DNA of 64,000 nt from a virus (IMGVR_UViG_3300031994_000058:1-64000); one strand, 5' to 3'; positions 42,065 through 52,785 are shown, counted from the first letter of the stretch. Notes: generated by a model from the letters alone, not told the origin. Numbers and translations are program-made.

Positions 42065-44569
42065 TTACGCCGTACCAGTCCAGTTGATTGTAAAGTTCGT
42101 AGCTCCCCATCCATTTGCATATCCTGAAATAGCGTTCTCTTTGCGATTGATGTTAAACGTTATACCATCGCAGCCCGCAAACGCGGAAGAGTTAATAGTC
42201 GTCATCGTATTCGGAAGATTAACAGTTACCAAACTTGTACAATTCAGAAATGCGTTGGCGTTAATAGTTCTTAGCACAGGATTAGATTCAGAAGAAGGCG
42301 TAAAGGTTGTCATATTACTGCATCCTTCAAAAGCGTTCGCGTTGATCGTTGTTACCTTAGGCGGTAATATAAAATTGACAAATCCGACACAACCTCTAAA
42401 GCAACCGGTGCCGATAGACGTCCATAATGGTGCCGTTATAGAGGTAAGACTTGCGCAACCGTCAAACATATAAGACGAACCACTCGTTTGTTTAGAAATA
42501 GTTGCCGATTGCAAGGCTGCGCAATTCTCAAACGTACTAGCGCCAATGGACGTCGGCATAGAAAGTGTTATCGATGTAAGACTAGTGCAACCGCTAAAGC
42601 ACTTCTCTCCAACAGTATAAGTTTTTGCGTTTTCAGTAAACGTCGTCAAACCGGTGCATCCAGCGAATGCTTGGATGCCTACTGCCGTTACCGCGGTTGG
42701 TAAAGTGAAAGACGTTAAAGAAACACAATCCTTGAACGCCGTTTTAGCGATAGTCTTTATAGTAGATTGAAGTTCGATTGACGTAAGCGCCGAGCATCCC
42801 TCAAAGCAAGACTCGCCAATAGTTGTGTATTTTTCACCAATGACTGTTGTAGATGGATTCTCAGTGTTAATCGTAACTGTTTGAAGACCGGTACAATGAT
42901 AAAATCCTAATTTTGGCATAGTTGTGCAATTTCGAGGAAGCATGATGCTAGTTAAACTGGTACAATTTTGGCACATTCCCTCGCCCAACGACGTCACTGT
43001 TTTAGCGATTGGTAAATCTTCAAGAGCCGTGCAACCAGAGAAAACATAATCACCTATAGTGGTTAGTTTAACTGTTTGTCCATCTGGAATAACATATTCG
43101 AACTTCTCCATGGCAGAGCATCCCTGAAAAACTGAATCGCCAATCGACGTGACTGTATAAGGAATACGTACCGCATCACCTTGAGATACTACAGCATCTA
43201 TATCGGGGTAGCTGATGTTTTTTAGTTTAGTGCAGTTCTTAAACGTTTCATTGAGAATAGAGGTTATTAATGATGAATAAGTAACGCTGGTGTTACTGTA
43301 ATCGACCATTGATACACTAGTCAAATTAATACATCCGTCAAATACACTAGCCTCCAATCGTTTGGTAGATCCAGTACCGCCAACGATTGTAATATGATCC
43401 AACGCCGTACACCCATAGAATGCGTGATCGCTTGGATATATTACCTTACCAGTTTCAAACGCAATGAGCGATTCACAATTATAGAAACCGGCCTGACCAA
43501 CGACAGTGGGATTTTCTGTAAGAGTTATATCAGTGAGTTTTGAACACCCGCTAAACATATATGCTGACACATTGCCAACAGGAACCGCATCCGTGTTAAA
43601 CTTAGGCATTTTAGCTTCGACCAAATTCTCACATCCCATAAACATTGAGTTGTAGTCAGTTGTTTTGGTACTTGCTAATTGTATATCGTTATTTGCAGGT
43701 TCAAGATTCGTTAAATCGACATACGTCAAAGATGTGCAATTTTTAAAAGACGTTGGATAAATGGATATAACGCCCTCAGGGATGACGAGTCGAGTAATTG
43801 CACAATTCTCAAAAGCGTTATTTCCGATCACATAGATAGACGATGTTATGATATTGCTGACATCGGTAAGGCCTGTACCTTTAAACATATTGTCAGAAAT
43901 GAACCACAAATTTTCCGGCATGTCGACCGTCGTTAATGATTCGCAACCCTCAAACATCGACTCATAGTGCTCCTGTGCATATTCGGCGGGCCACGTAGAG
44001 CTAGCTCCGGAGGTTCTCTCCTGATTTATCTCAGTGACTGTTTTAATGTTTACAGTAGTCGGCAGATCGATCTCAGTAATTGATTTGCAACCTTTGAAAC
44101 AGTGTTTTCCGAATGTAATTTTATTGTCCGGAATCTCGATCTCAAGAAGACTTTCACAATTTAAGAAGGCATCATCCTGGATTTCCATCGTGCCTTCAGG
44201 AATAACTACCGACTCGATAGAAGTAATGCCCTTGAACGCTTCACTGCCGATTACTGTACATTCGGTGGGAATAATCGCACTAATAGTGTTCGTGCTAAGT
44301 CTAAAAGTGGTTGGGTCACTAAGAAATATCGCACCGCTACTGCTTCCGCCTTCTTGTTGAGAAAGCTTGTAAAGAGCGTCGTGAATAGCCATGCGGATGT
44401 CTTTTCCATACGTACTTTCACGAATAGTAGTCAGCTCACCTTTAATTGCCGATCCAGGATACATAAGTTTTACCAGCTTCTCTAAAGCCGAATCAACGTT
44501 ATTTAGGACGTCTTCACCACCAGATTTAGACTTTATAGCCTCAAGCTGAGAACTAATATCAACTGCCAT
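42065..44569 (-). CDS. BspA-type leucine-rich repeat (LRR_5) protein, 834 aa, with tail-fibre-like N-terminal motif
   Basis: Many C..L..I.LP..V..IG..AF..C repeats; N-terminal IRESTYGKDIRMAIHDAL; C-terminal ...GWGA....I.W cap. Confidence 0.9.
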   Translation of the reverse strand: MAVDISSQLEAIKSKSGGEDVLNNVDSALEKLVKLMYPGSAIKGELTTIRESTYGKDIRMAIHDALYKLSQQEGGSSSGAIFLSDPTTFRLSTNTISAIIPTECTVIGSEAFKGITSIESVVIPEGTMEIQDDAFLNCESLLEIEIPDNKITFGKHCFKGCKSITEIDLPTTVNIKTVTEINQERTSGASSTWPAEYAQEHYESMFEGCESLTTVDMPENLWFISDNMFKGTGLTDVSNIITSSIYVIGNNAFENCAITRLVIPEGVISIYPTSFKNCTSLTYVDLTNLEPANNDIQLASTKTTDYNSMFMGCENLVEAKMPKFNTDAVPVGNVSAYMFSGCSKLTDITLTENPTVVGQAGFYNCESLIAFETGKVIYPSDHAFYGCTALDHITIVGGTGSTKRLEASVFDGCINLTSVSMVDYSNTSVTYSSLITSILNETFKNCTKLKNISYPDIDAVVSQGDAVRIPYTVTSIGDSVFQGCSAMEKFEYVIPDGQTVKLTTIGDYVFSGCTALEDLPIAKTVTSLGEGMCQNCTSLTSIMLPRNCTTMPKLGFYHCTGLQTVTINTENPSTTVIGEKYTTIGESCFEGCSALTSIELQSTIKTIAKTAFKDCVSLTSFTLPTAVTAVGIQAFAGCTGLTTFTENAKTYTVGEKCFSGCTSLTSITLSMPTSIGASTFENCAALQSATISKQTSGSSYMFDGCASLTSITAPLWTSIGTGCFRGCVGFVNFILPPKVTTINANAFEGCSNMTTFTPSSESNPVLRTINANAFLNCTSLVTVNLPNTMTTINSSAFAGCDGITFNINRKENAISGYANGWGATNFTINWTGTA

Positions 44570-44589
44570 TTTGATTCATCTCCTTCTTA

Positions 44590-45366
44590 TTATGGATCCC
44601 ACACGACGGTCGCAAATCTAGCGCCCCATGGAGCATAGGAAGAACCTACTACCTGGTCGGCAGACTTGTGAACTACAATCGTATTAATATTAGTACAATT
44701 ATAAAAAGCCTGCTGCTGTATTTCCAAAATAGACGATGGTATCTCTACAGTTCCGCGAATGTTAGAGCAGTTAGCAAAGCAACCGTCCATTAAAGTTTCA
44801 ATACCATCTTCAAACGCGAGCTCTCGAATCATGGAATATTGCAAGCATCCGCCATATATAGTTTTTATATTACCAGGAATGGGACCACCAATATCTTCGA
44901 TATTACCATAGTTCCAAGAAGACGCCGCGTATACACCGGGCTTTATAGCATTTATACTTCTAGGAAAATTTACTTTTTTAAGTAACGGACAACCACTCAT
45001 AAAGCTATTGCCCATATCGGTTATTGCATCACTAACATGACAGGCGAGTACGGTGCTAAATGAAGAATATAGGTTTGCAGTTAGAGCCACAGGTTCAATT
45101 TGTGATCCAAAATATAGCCCTAGTCTTTTGTACCAGGTCCATCTTCTGAGAGCGTTTGACACCTCTGAATGATCTGTAGATGCTAATAAAACCTCAGTAG
45201 GTTCTAACGATCCGTTTAATATCGTGATACTTATTTTAGTCTCATCTATTAACACTGGAGGGTCTACCGGAGTGAATCTTTGCCATAAAAGCTCATTATC
45301 TTTGTAGATCTTCTTTAATGGTATCTGTCCATAATAGATGGATGAGTTATATATCGTCATTATCAA
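44590..45366 (-). CDS. BspA-type LRR protein, 258 aa
   Basis: N-terminal IYYGQIPLKKIYKDNELLW motif; short LRR array; APWGARFATVVW cap. Confidence 0.8.
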   Translation of the reverse strand: MIMTIYNSSIYYGQIPLKKIYKDNELLWQRFTPVDPPVLIDETKISITILNGSLEPTEVLLASTDHSEVSNALRRWTWYKRLGLYFGSQIEPVALTANLYSSFSTVLACHVSDAITDMGNSFMSGCPLLKKVNFPRSINAIKPGVYAASSWNYGNIEDIGGPIPGNIKTIYGGCLQYSMIRELAFEDGIETLMDGCFANCSNIRGTVEIPSSILEIQQQAFYNCTNINTIVVHKSADQVVGSSYAPWGARFATVVWDP

Positions 45367-47102
45367 TTACCTCCAAGCCATCTAATCTCGCAATCTTCTG
45401 GCAAATATGCTGTATAGGCTTTCGGCGTCCACGGATTTCCATTAGAATCAACTATACTTCCTTCTGTGCGATTTATATTTATTCTTTTTAAAGCCCTACA
45501 ACCGGCGAACACTCTCGGATTGCTTGGATCATCAAAAATTTGTTCAACAGCATTACCTATAGTAACTGATTCTAGTGAACTACAACCATTAAAAGCCCCA
45601 CCGCCAATATATGTCGGGCCATTGGGTATACTGATCGTTTTTAAACTTCTGCAAGATTCGAAAGCCGCTGCTCCGATACTAGCTACGCTGCTAGGAATGG
45701 ATACCGATTCTAATGCAATACAATGTCCGCATACATAGTTGCTAATATCAGTGAGGTGTGGAGGAAAGGCCAGAGAAGTAAGTGATTGACAATTATAAAA
45801 CGCAAACGCCTCTATTGACGTTAGAGACTCCGGAAGAACCAAATTATCTAAAAGCGTACATCCCCAAAATGCATGATCTTTGATGGTTATTAGATTATCA
45901 GACAAGCTGATGGCAGTCATACTTTCACAAGACTCAAACGCTTTTGTTCCGATCGTTTGTACAGAGTTAGGTATGCTTATATAAGGCAATGATGTACACT
46001 CGGCGAACGCTCTCGCTCCTATATCTTTAAATGCTGGTTCATCCTGCAACACCACAGTTGTTAAGGCATAACAATTGTCGAAGCATGCTTCTGGTATTGA
46101 AATCTGATTACCGGGATGAAATACAACGGTTTTTAAATTAGAACACATCATGAACGATCCTATGCCCAAATATGATATACTCGCGAGCTCTATTCGCTCC
46201 AAGGAATAACAATCTCTGAATGTCTCGTTCCCTATATGGGTCACATTTGACAAGTCGATATCTTTAAGCGCCATGCAATATGCAAAAGCGTTATTGTTTA
46301 GATAATATGCATTGTTCAAATCGACAGTAGTTAATCCCTCACATCTATAAAAAGCATTGGACTCTACATCGGTTATTGAATCCGTAAATACAACATCATC
46401 AAGAAGCCTGTCATATTCGAACATATTATACGTTACTCGTGTCATCGATTCTCCGAATGTAACATTAGTCAGGTATTCGTTCCAGCTATATTCGTGTCCC
46501 CTAGTTGATGAGTGAATATATCGATTCGGTATTACCACTTCGCTAAGTTTTGTATTATGAAACGCGGATCTCTCTATGAATAATCCGATATCAGACTCCG
46601 TATACGTAACATATCGAAGTGTACTTCCAGTAAATGCATATTCGCGAATAGCTGTAATTGTACCAGGAACATGAAATGCAAGAATGTTTTTGCAGGTTTG
46701 AAATGTTCTATTAGGAACTTCGGTCACTCCACACTCTTCACCAATCCAAATTCGATACATAATGTTTGGATCATTCTCGTAATACTCATCGAGCTTGGCA
46801 CGGGCTTCGGCGAGCGTCTTACAATAGAAAACATCATCGGTATCCGCATCACCATCCAACATGATTACCGAAATCCAATAATCTTTCCACACCGGTTCTG
46901 TGGGATCATATATACAATATGCAACGTTTTGCTCCTTTACTTCTAAAGCATCATACTCCTCTTGCGTTACAAGTTTTTTCGTGGTTGCTCGAAGTCCATG
47001 GTTGTAAAGAATCCAAAGAGCATCTGAAATAGGTCCTCGAATATCTTTACCATACGTACCTTTGCGAATTTCCCGTCCTTGTCCCTCTATATATACTGCC
47101 AT
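45363..47102 (-). CDS. BspA-type LRR protein, 579 aa
   Basis: IRKGTYGKDIRGPISDAL; TQEEYDAL motif; about 14 LRR_5 repeats. Confidence 0.9.
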   Translation of the reverse strand: MAVYIEGQGREIRKGTYGKDIRGPISDALWILYNHGLRATTKKLVTQEEYDALEVKEQNVAYCIYDPTEPVWKDYWISVIMLDGDADTDDVFYCKTLAEARAKLDEYYENDPNIMYRIWIGEECGVTEVPNRTFQTCKNILAFHVPGTITAIREYAFTGSTLRYVTYTESDIGLFIERSAFHNTKLSEVVIPNRYIHSSTRGHEYSWNEYLTNVTFGESMTRVTYNMFEYDRLLDDVVFTDSITDVESNAFYRCEGLTTVDLNNAYYLNNNAFAYCMALKDIDLSNVTHIGNETFRDCYSLERIELASISYLGIGSFMMCSNLKTVVFHPGNQISIPEACFDNCYALTTVVLQDEPAFKDIGARAFAECTSLPYISIPNSVQTIGTKAFESCESMTAISLSDNLITIKDHAFWGCTLLDNLVLPESLTSIEAFAFYNCQSLTSLAFPPHLTDISNYVCGHCIALESVSIPSSVASIGAAAFESCRSLKTISIPNGPTYIGGGAFNGCSSLESVTIGNAVEQIFDDPSNPRVFAGCRALKRININRTEGSIVDSNGNPWTPKAYTAYLPEDCEIRWLGGN

Positions 47103-47121
47103 TTTGAATTTTCACCTCCGA

Positions 47122-47940
47122 TTATCTAAGCCACACAATCTCGGCATCTGGTGCTCCCCACGGTGCCAAATCGATAGAATCCGCTTCCTTATCGATAACA
47201 ATGACTTTAAGAGCATCACATCTCTGAAAAGCGTTTTGCCCGATGGCGGTTACTGAATTCGGGATCTCAATACGCTCAAGTCTATTGCAATGAACAAATG
47301 CTCCGCCGCCAATATAAAGCAAACCGTCGTTTAACCGTATTGACTCCAGTGTGGACAGCCCCTGAAAAGCACCATTATCGATGTAACGAAGTAGCGGATG
47401 ACATATGAATTCTTTTATCGCTACATCATCGTTGAATAAACCAAAGGAAATGGTGTCCTCCGTGATCCCATCGAATGCACGAATGTAATATTGAATGTTT
47501 GTCGGTACACCCTCGTCCTCACTATAGGCTTCTTTAAGATATCGACTGAGAGCTGCGAGATTCTGGAATTTATATGCATTTCCAGTCCGTACTCCGGTAT
47601 CATTATTGTACTCTATCGCCACGACGGAATCCGGTTCTACAATACCATACAAAGTATATGGATCTGGAGCAGGAAGCCCATCATAGGCCTCCTGTGTCTC
47701 CTCAATAATCTCCAGATTTGGATCCATGACAGACTCTGCCATCTTCAGGAGTGCATCATGGATCGCCATACGAAGCTTTCGACCTTCGGGAGAAGTGGCA
47801 ATTATAGACAGCTCCTCATGAATGTTTGCTTTGACGTACATTGTAGTGTTAAGAATCCTCATAGCTTCAATGATCGCTGCTGATACTGGTTCGCCAAGAG
47901 CCTGATTGTCAACAACGTCGAGCTCATCTACAAATGCCAT
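47122..47940 (-). CDS. BspA-type LRR protein, 272 aa
   Basis: GRKLRMAIHDALLKM; TQEAYDGL...LYGI; IEIPNSVTAIGQNAFQRC; APWGAPDAEIVW cap. Confidence 0.85.
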   Translation of the reverse strand: MAFVDELDVVDNQALGEPVSAAIIEAMRILNTTMYVKANIHEELSIIATSPEGRKLRMAIHDALLKMAESVMDPNLEIIEETQEAYDGLPAPDPYTLYGIVEPDSVVAIEYNNDTGVRTGNAYKFQNLAALSRYLKEAYSEDEGVPTNIQYYIRAFDGITEDTISFGLFNDDVAIKEFICHPLLRYIDNGAFQGLSTLESIRLNDGLLYIGGGAFVHCNRLERIEIPNSVTAIGQNAFQRCDALKVIVIDKEADSIDLAPWGAPDAEIVWLR

Positions 47941-47962
47941 TATATAGCCCCTCCCTAATAAA

Positions 47963-48226
47963 TTAAACAGTATGCTTAACTCTATCTGCTTCTTCGGCTC
48001 TTTTGCCGTCGTTCCATCGACTCATATCACCTACAAGATAGCCGGTGATGCGACGAATGCGCTCGAACGGAATATCCTTGAGCGTCCATTCAAGATCAAC
48101 GTACTCGCCGTCAACCTTGATAGTAACGCTCTCAAGTTCTCTCTTGCCGACCTTCTCCTTGACATAGTCGACGTAAATCTTCTTTTCATCAGGGTGAATA
48201 GCTTCACCAATAACTTTTACTTCCAT
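47963..48226 (-). CDS. Stand-alone C-terminal (glycyl-radical) domain of class III anaerobic ribonucleotide reductase NrdD
   Basis: FERIRRITGYLVG..RWN.GK.AE..DRVKH, the NrdD C-terminal motif, in an 87-aa protein. Confidence 0.75.
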   Translation of the reverse strand: MEVKVIGEAIHPDEKKIYVDYVKEKVGKRELESVTIKVDGEYVDLEWTLKDIPFERIRRITGYLVGDMSRWNDGKRAEEADRVKHTV

Positions 48227-48255
48227 TTTGAAGTCCTCCTTAGAATTTAGGTTGC

Positions 48256-48384
48256 TTATTTATATCCATAGAATTCCCATGGGGTTCCATCAAAAAATAC
48301 TGGATGGTATGGTGATGGCATTAGCGATATCAGTTTTGGCTGTAATGAGCCTGGAAAGGTTTTCTGCTATTGTGTGTTCAGGCA
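48256..48384 (-). pseudogene. Probable remnant of a tail-fibre/LRR gene (internal deletion plus two compensating frameshifts)
   Basis: AAGGAGG RBS + ATG; -1 frame reads NLSRLITAKTDIANAIT; 3' end reads FDGTPWEFYGYK. Confidence 0.5.
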
Positions 48385-48400
48385 TTTTTGTGACCTCCTT

Positions 48401-51400
48401 TTAAGACCATCCTGTACAAAGTCCCTTATCAAAATGTAGTGTACTCGTGGTGCCATCAGTGCCAGTAACAACTGTTATGTCTCCTCTAGCACCATATGCA
48501 CCACCCCATCCATCAGGGAAAACAGTACCTCCTAGCACTATAGGACCGTCGAGTATTATAGGACCGTTACCAGTCGCAACTATTCGAATACCGGTGGCGC
48601 CATCTTGATATACGTCACCCATGTAAATTCTTCCGGCTACTGTCCACGGATGCTGAGGGTCTGGTGGATCATTATACACGCTTCCTTCTATGATGCCATC
48701 ATTGATCATAATTTGACGCGTCTGGCCACCATAGTCTGCCGCTATACCCTGCTGCAATATACCTTTGTCCTTATTTATTTCGACCATATTACCATGATCT
48801 TCATCGGATCCCCAAGGCAGTTTTGTTGGACTCTTGATGATTATCTGACCATCGGGAACATTATCATCTGGAGAACCGCCAACTCCAAGTGTGAGCGTGC
48901 CACCCATGATGCGATCGGCATACATAGTGCCGGCGAGGATACTATTAGCTATAATCTGACCAGTAGAATTAACGAGATCAATAGTTGATGCGCTGCCCAA
49001 TCCATCACCATAGAATACAATGCCTTCATGATTTATGAGTAGACATCTTATATTTTTCATTGAAGGATCGGCTTTTATCTCATTCCATCGCGCACTTGGA
49101 TAACCACCAGTATACTCAGAATAATATCCGTCTGGATGATCTTGATCAGGCTCATGCCAAACCTTGAAGAAGCCTACACCGGTCGGTTGATCGACATCGT
49201 TTGTTACTGTAATAACGGCACCAGTACCAAAACCGTCAACGATTATTGCTTCGGCATTCTTCCTAGCTTCGCTTAAAATATAACTCTGGCTGGAACCTGC
49301 ATTAATCTTAGCGAGAAGTTCGCTGTTAGTGTTGTTATTAATGGATGTTAGTGTCTGTACCGTTTCAGAGCCGAGGTCAAACTGCATATTCTCAGGCTTA
49401 TTAAGCGGAATATCAAGAGCGCTAATCTCAAAGAATCTTGCTAAACCGTGCGGACGTGAGGATACATAGATGTAGGAGTTAACGTCAAGAGCATCGGTAT
49501 CAACGCCCAGAATACTCAAATCAAGCGCCTTTACAGACAGGGTCATCTTGTCGAACTGACCGGATGCAAGATACGTCTTAGCCTTATAGTAAAGCTCATC
49601 AGGATTCTCACACTCGTTAAACGTAATAACCTTCTCAATCCAACCGTATTCCTGAAGAGAAGAATTAGCCGGTTCATACATTGACGGAATGCTGGCCCCC
49701 TGCTCGAACATAAGCTCTGATACTGCACTGATGGCAGTTGCTTCATCTGCTACATCGTCGTGAGACGAATAGAACATGAATTTAACCTTGGATCTAATTT
49801 TCTTACCAGCATCGTCGCCTTCTTCATACTCGCCTCTATCTGGGATTGTAATTTTGGCTCCTGAATTGTCTGTCATTTTGATCCAATCAGTACAGTCAGC
49901 ATAAGTTTCGTCCTCGTTGTAGAAGAACACCTTAACGTTAATCACACGAGTATCGTCAGCGGAGGTTTTTGTGGTTCTGCCATGAATGAGATAATCGCCC
50001 GGCTCAAAGCCAATTACCTTACCATCGCGACTGAGCGTATAGAGAAAATCGGCGGTTCTGATTCGGCTCATATCGGTAACTTGATTCGGTTTACCAATGA
50101 GATCGCCAGACTCAAACAATCCGCCCTGCTCCATCGATGAGTTGAACAGGTTCTTAGACTCTGCTGTTACATACAAGCTACCGTGTTTCTCGCCTTTAGT
50201 AACGACAAGTTTAGTGACATAGCTCGACGGATCTGGAAATTCCGCAGTAGACGTAGCGTATTTGAGCATTACCTTTATCTTATATGTGGTGTTTCCATCT
50301 ACTGGAAGCGTAAATCGAGCTGGTAACGTAAGCCACTCAGTATTTCCCTTAAATAATCCTGCATAAGTATACCACAAAACTCTAGCCTGTAATATCTTAT
50401 CCTCAGTAGTAGCGACATTTACAGAGTACTGTCCGTTTTCGAAAAATGGATATGTACTACCATTTTGAATAAAATTAGCGGATCTGATAAAGCGCCTATC
50501 AACTTCGCCAGTTTCGCCTGGATTATCCTCGCCTTTCACGTTGAGTTTACCGTATTCGAATCCGGGCAAATCTCCTTCTCCAGGCACACCATCGGTCAGG
50601 TTTATCGTAGAAACAAGAGCGTCCTCAGCGGTGTAGTATTCATCGAGCTGGTCGGTTACCTGTGCCGATACATTTACTCGAAGTTGAATGTCGCCACCGA
50701 ATGAACCGACAGTCAGTACATAGTATTCGTCAGTTGTGCTCACTGGCACCTCGACAGCTTCTTCGACCATGTCAGAAAAGCCGAGAGGAACGGACGAGAA
50801 CTTGCCAGAGGTATACTGAAGCTCGGGATCCTTGGTCTGCCAAGTGTACATGCCCCAACCGGCATGCATACGTGAACTGATGTAAATCGTATTCTTGACT
50901 TCGTTAGTAGATGCTTTGATTTTTAGTACAGCAGTTGAGTAACCTTCCCATCCAGGTTCGCCCTCGTGTTCTCGATTGATGATGTCGCCGCCAGCCCGAA
51001 TTGTATCTTCGTCGTTAATGTATGTACCGAGGGTTTTTACCTGTTCAACACCCCAACCACGATCTGCGGAATACGCAGCATACGTGTCCAGATTAATTGC
51101 ATCGCCAATCTGAGTGGTATTTGCTCGAGTTTTTACTGCACCAAGAGGTACAATAACCGTAGCGAGTTCAGACATATCGAAGTTCGAAGTATAATCGAGA
51201 AGATTTTTACCGAATTCGACAGACTGAGTAGACGAGCTGATAACACCGGTAAAGAACTTAATGTAATTACCGTATACTCCGTCAATTGTTTTCTTCTCAA
51301 TCTTCATATGACAATTGTAGTCAGTACATACCTGATTGAGAACCTCGAGTGTCTGCTCAAATTGCGTTGCCCTGTACTCGATAACACCACCTTCAACTGC

Positions 51401-51808
51401 CTGGTATTCGAAATAGATTTTACGGTTATCGGGCACTTTTGAGTTGTGAATATCAATAACAGACTTGATAAACTGTTCCAAAGTCACATTACGGTATTCT
51501 CTCTGGGGCTGACAGGTATCGTTGAAGTAAGCAAGAGCGCCCTCACAATAGATATGACGGTTCTTAACAAAATCATAGCTATCTTCAACTATTCTGCCTT
51601 CCCAGATTTCTTTATCATTTCGCTTAACAGTAAGCGTCGATTTCATTCGTTTAAGTGTGTTATATCCAACATTGACAGGAGGCAGGACCGCGTCTAACGA
51701 TCCTGCTGCACTGTCTGTTATTTTGAGCACTGGGGAGTCCATCTTGTACTCAGGTGTTGGATATCGATCATTGTATATGCATACTCCATCAGCGTATATA
51801 CTATACAT
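48401..51808 (-). CDS. Tail-associated (Tal/hub-spike) protein with inserted beta domains
   Basis: Follows Dit; prophage tail-endopeptidase-like N-terminus (EGRI...CEG.LAYFND...FGKNLLDY...T.IVPLG); C-terminal IIANSILAGTMYADRIMGGTLTLG. Confidence 0.8.
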   Translation of the reverse strand: MYSIYADGVCIYNDRYPTPEYKMDSPVLKITDSAAGSLDAVLPPVNVGYNTLKRMKSTLTVKRNDKEIWEGRIVEDSYDFVKNRHIYCEGALAYFNDTCQPQREYRNVTLEQFIKSVIDIHNSKVPDNRKIYFEYQAVEGGVIEYRATQFEQTLEVLNQVCTDYNCHMKIEKKTIDGVYGNYIKFFTGVISSSTQSVEFGKNLLDYTSNFDMSELATVIVPLGAVKTRANTTQIGDAINLDTYAAYSADRGWGVEQVKTLGTYINDEDTIRAGGDIINREHEGEPGWEGYSTAVLKIKASTNEVKNTIYISSRMHAGWGMYTWQTKDPELQYTSGKFSSVPLGFSDMVEEAVEVPVSTTDEYYVLTVGSFGGDIQLRVNVSAQVTDQLDEYYTAEDALVSTINLTDGVPGEGDLPGFEYGKLNVKGEDNPGETGEVDRRFIRSANFIQNGSTYPFFENGQYSVNVATTEDKILQARVLWYTYAGLFKGNTEWLTLPARFTLPVDGNTTYKIKVMLKYATSTAEFPDPSSYVTKLVVTKGEKHGSLYVTAESKNLFNSSMEQGGLFESGDLIGKPNQVTDMSRIRTADFLYTLSRDGKVIGFEPGDYLIHGRTTKTSADDTRVINVKVFFYNEDETYADCTDWIKMTDNSGAKITIPDRGEYEEGDDAGKKIRSKVKFMFYSSHDDVADEATAISAVSELMFEQGASIPSMYEPANSSLQEYGWIEKVITFNECENPDELYYKAKTYLASGQFDKMTLSVKALDLSILGVDTDALDVNSYIYVSSRPHGLARFFEISALDIPLNKPENMQFDLGSETVQTLTSINNNTNSELLAKINAGSSQSYILSEARKNAEAIIVDGFGTGAVITVTNDVDQPTGVGFFKVWHEPDQDHPDGYYSEYTGGYPSARWNEIKADPSMKNIRCLLINHEGIVFYGDGLGSASTIDLVNSTGQIIANSILAGTMYADRIMGGTLTLGVGGSPDDNVPDGQIIIKSPTKLPWGSDEDHGNMVEINKDKGILQQGIAADYGGQTRQIMINDGIIEGSVYNDPPDPQHPWTVAGRIYMGDVYQDGATGIRIVATGNGPIILDGPIVLGGTVFPDGWGGAYGARGDITVVTGTDGTTSTLHFDKGLCTGWS

Positions 51809-51810
51809 GA

Positions 51811-52785
51811 TTAAATCCTCCCAGGTTTAAAGTTTACTGATACGTAACCATGGCCTCGGACTCGTATCTGGACGTTATTGATCCCTGTGAAATTACTAAT
51901 AATATAAGAAGGGATGGCTTTATTTATTTCTCCATTATAGACGTCCCATTCATGTTCTTCATGCCCGAGACCAAGTTCTTTATTTACATACTGAACATAC
52001 ATTTCTGTATTCGTATCGGGATGGATATGCAATGTGAGAGACACGGGCATACTACCAATGGCATCAGTTACGAAATTTCGTCTATAAAAATAACCATGAT
52101 ATGTTCCATCCTCTTCATGCTCTTCGCCAAGAAACGCCTCATTCGATGTGTCGATGACTTTATCCCAATCGCCAGCGCTGAGATCCAAATCGACATCAAC
52201 ACGATGATAATATGGATTCCATCCTCCATTCGCGCCAATTCTCTGTGCTATAATACCGCTTTGAAAGTTAAACGGATCCCAAAGCCAATTGCCAAGGATG
52301 TCATACAAACGATACTTATAAGGTTCGAGATTGTACTTGAGTGTCAACGTAGAGCGTGTCTTTCCAGTAACCCAAGACTGCACCTCCCATCGACCAACAT
52401 AATACCACTCTGGGTCTTCCTCATATACACAGAAAAGCTTCTTCCCATGAAGAGTTGCTAAAATGTCGCTGTATGCCTCTTGCCAGTTTCTAAAATCATT
52501 CAGAACGGCAAATTCTATAGATCCTGTGCGATTCCCATATGTTGGATAGCCAGTAAGAGCTTGTGAAAGATCTAAAACACCATTCATACCATCAATTGAC
52601 ACTTCTCTGGTGTTTATAGACGGAGGGGCAAAAGAGGGCCGGCTCGTAGGCACGACCCTCCAATGATCCCATGTGTTTCTGGCTCTGGTTAGATTATAAG
52701 ATTTACGTACAGCACTATCAGGATCCGGCTGATAAACACCCTTGTCGTTATAAATCGGATCTATAAACGTCATAGAATAGTACAT
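51811..52785 (-). CDS. Distal tail protein (Dit)
   Basis: Directly after tape measure; VSIDGMNGVLDLS...Y.NR.G...F...LHGK...EEDPEWYY.GR...Y..EPYKY; start taken at MYYSM. Confidence 0.8.
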   Translation of the reverse strand: MYYSMTFIDPIYNDKGVYQPDPDSAVRKSYNLTRARNTWDHWRVVPTSRPSFAPPSINTREVSIDGMNGVLDLSQALTGYPTYGNRTGSIEFAVLNDFRNWQEAYSDILATLHGKKLFCVYEEDPEWYYVGRWEVQSWVTGKTRSTLTLKYNLEPYKYRLYDILGNWLWDPFNFQSGIIAQRIGANGGWNPYYHRVDVDLDLSAGDWDKVIDTSNEAFLGEEHEEDGTYHGYFYRRNFVTDAIGSMPVSLTLHIHPDTNTEMYVQYVNKELGLGHEEHEWDVYNGEINKAIPSYIISNFTGINNVQIRVRGHGYVSVNFKPGRI

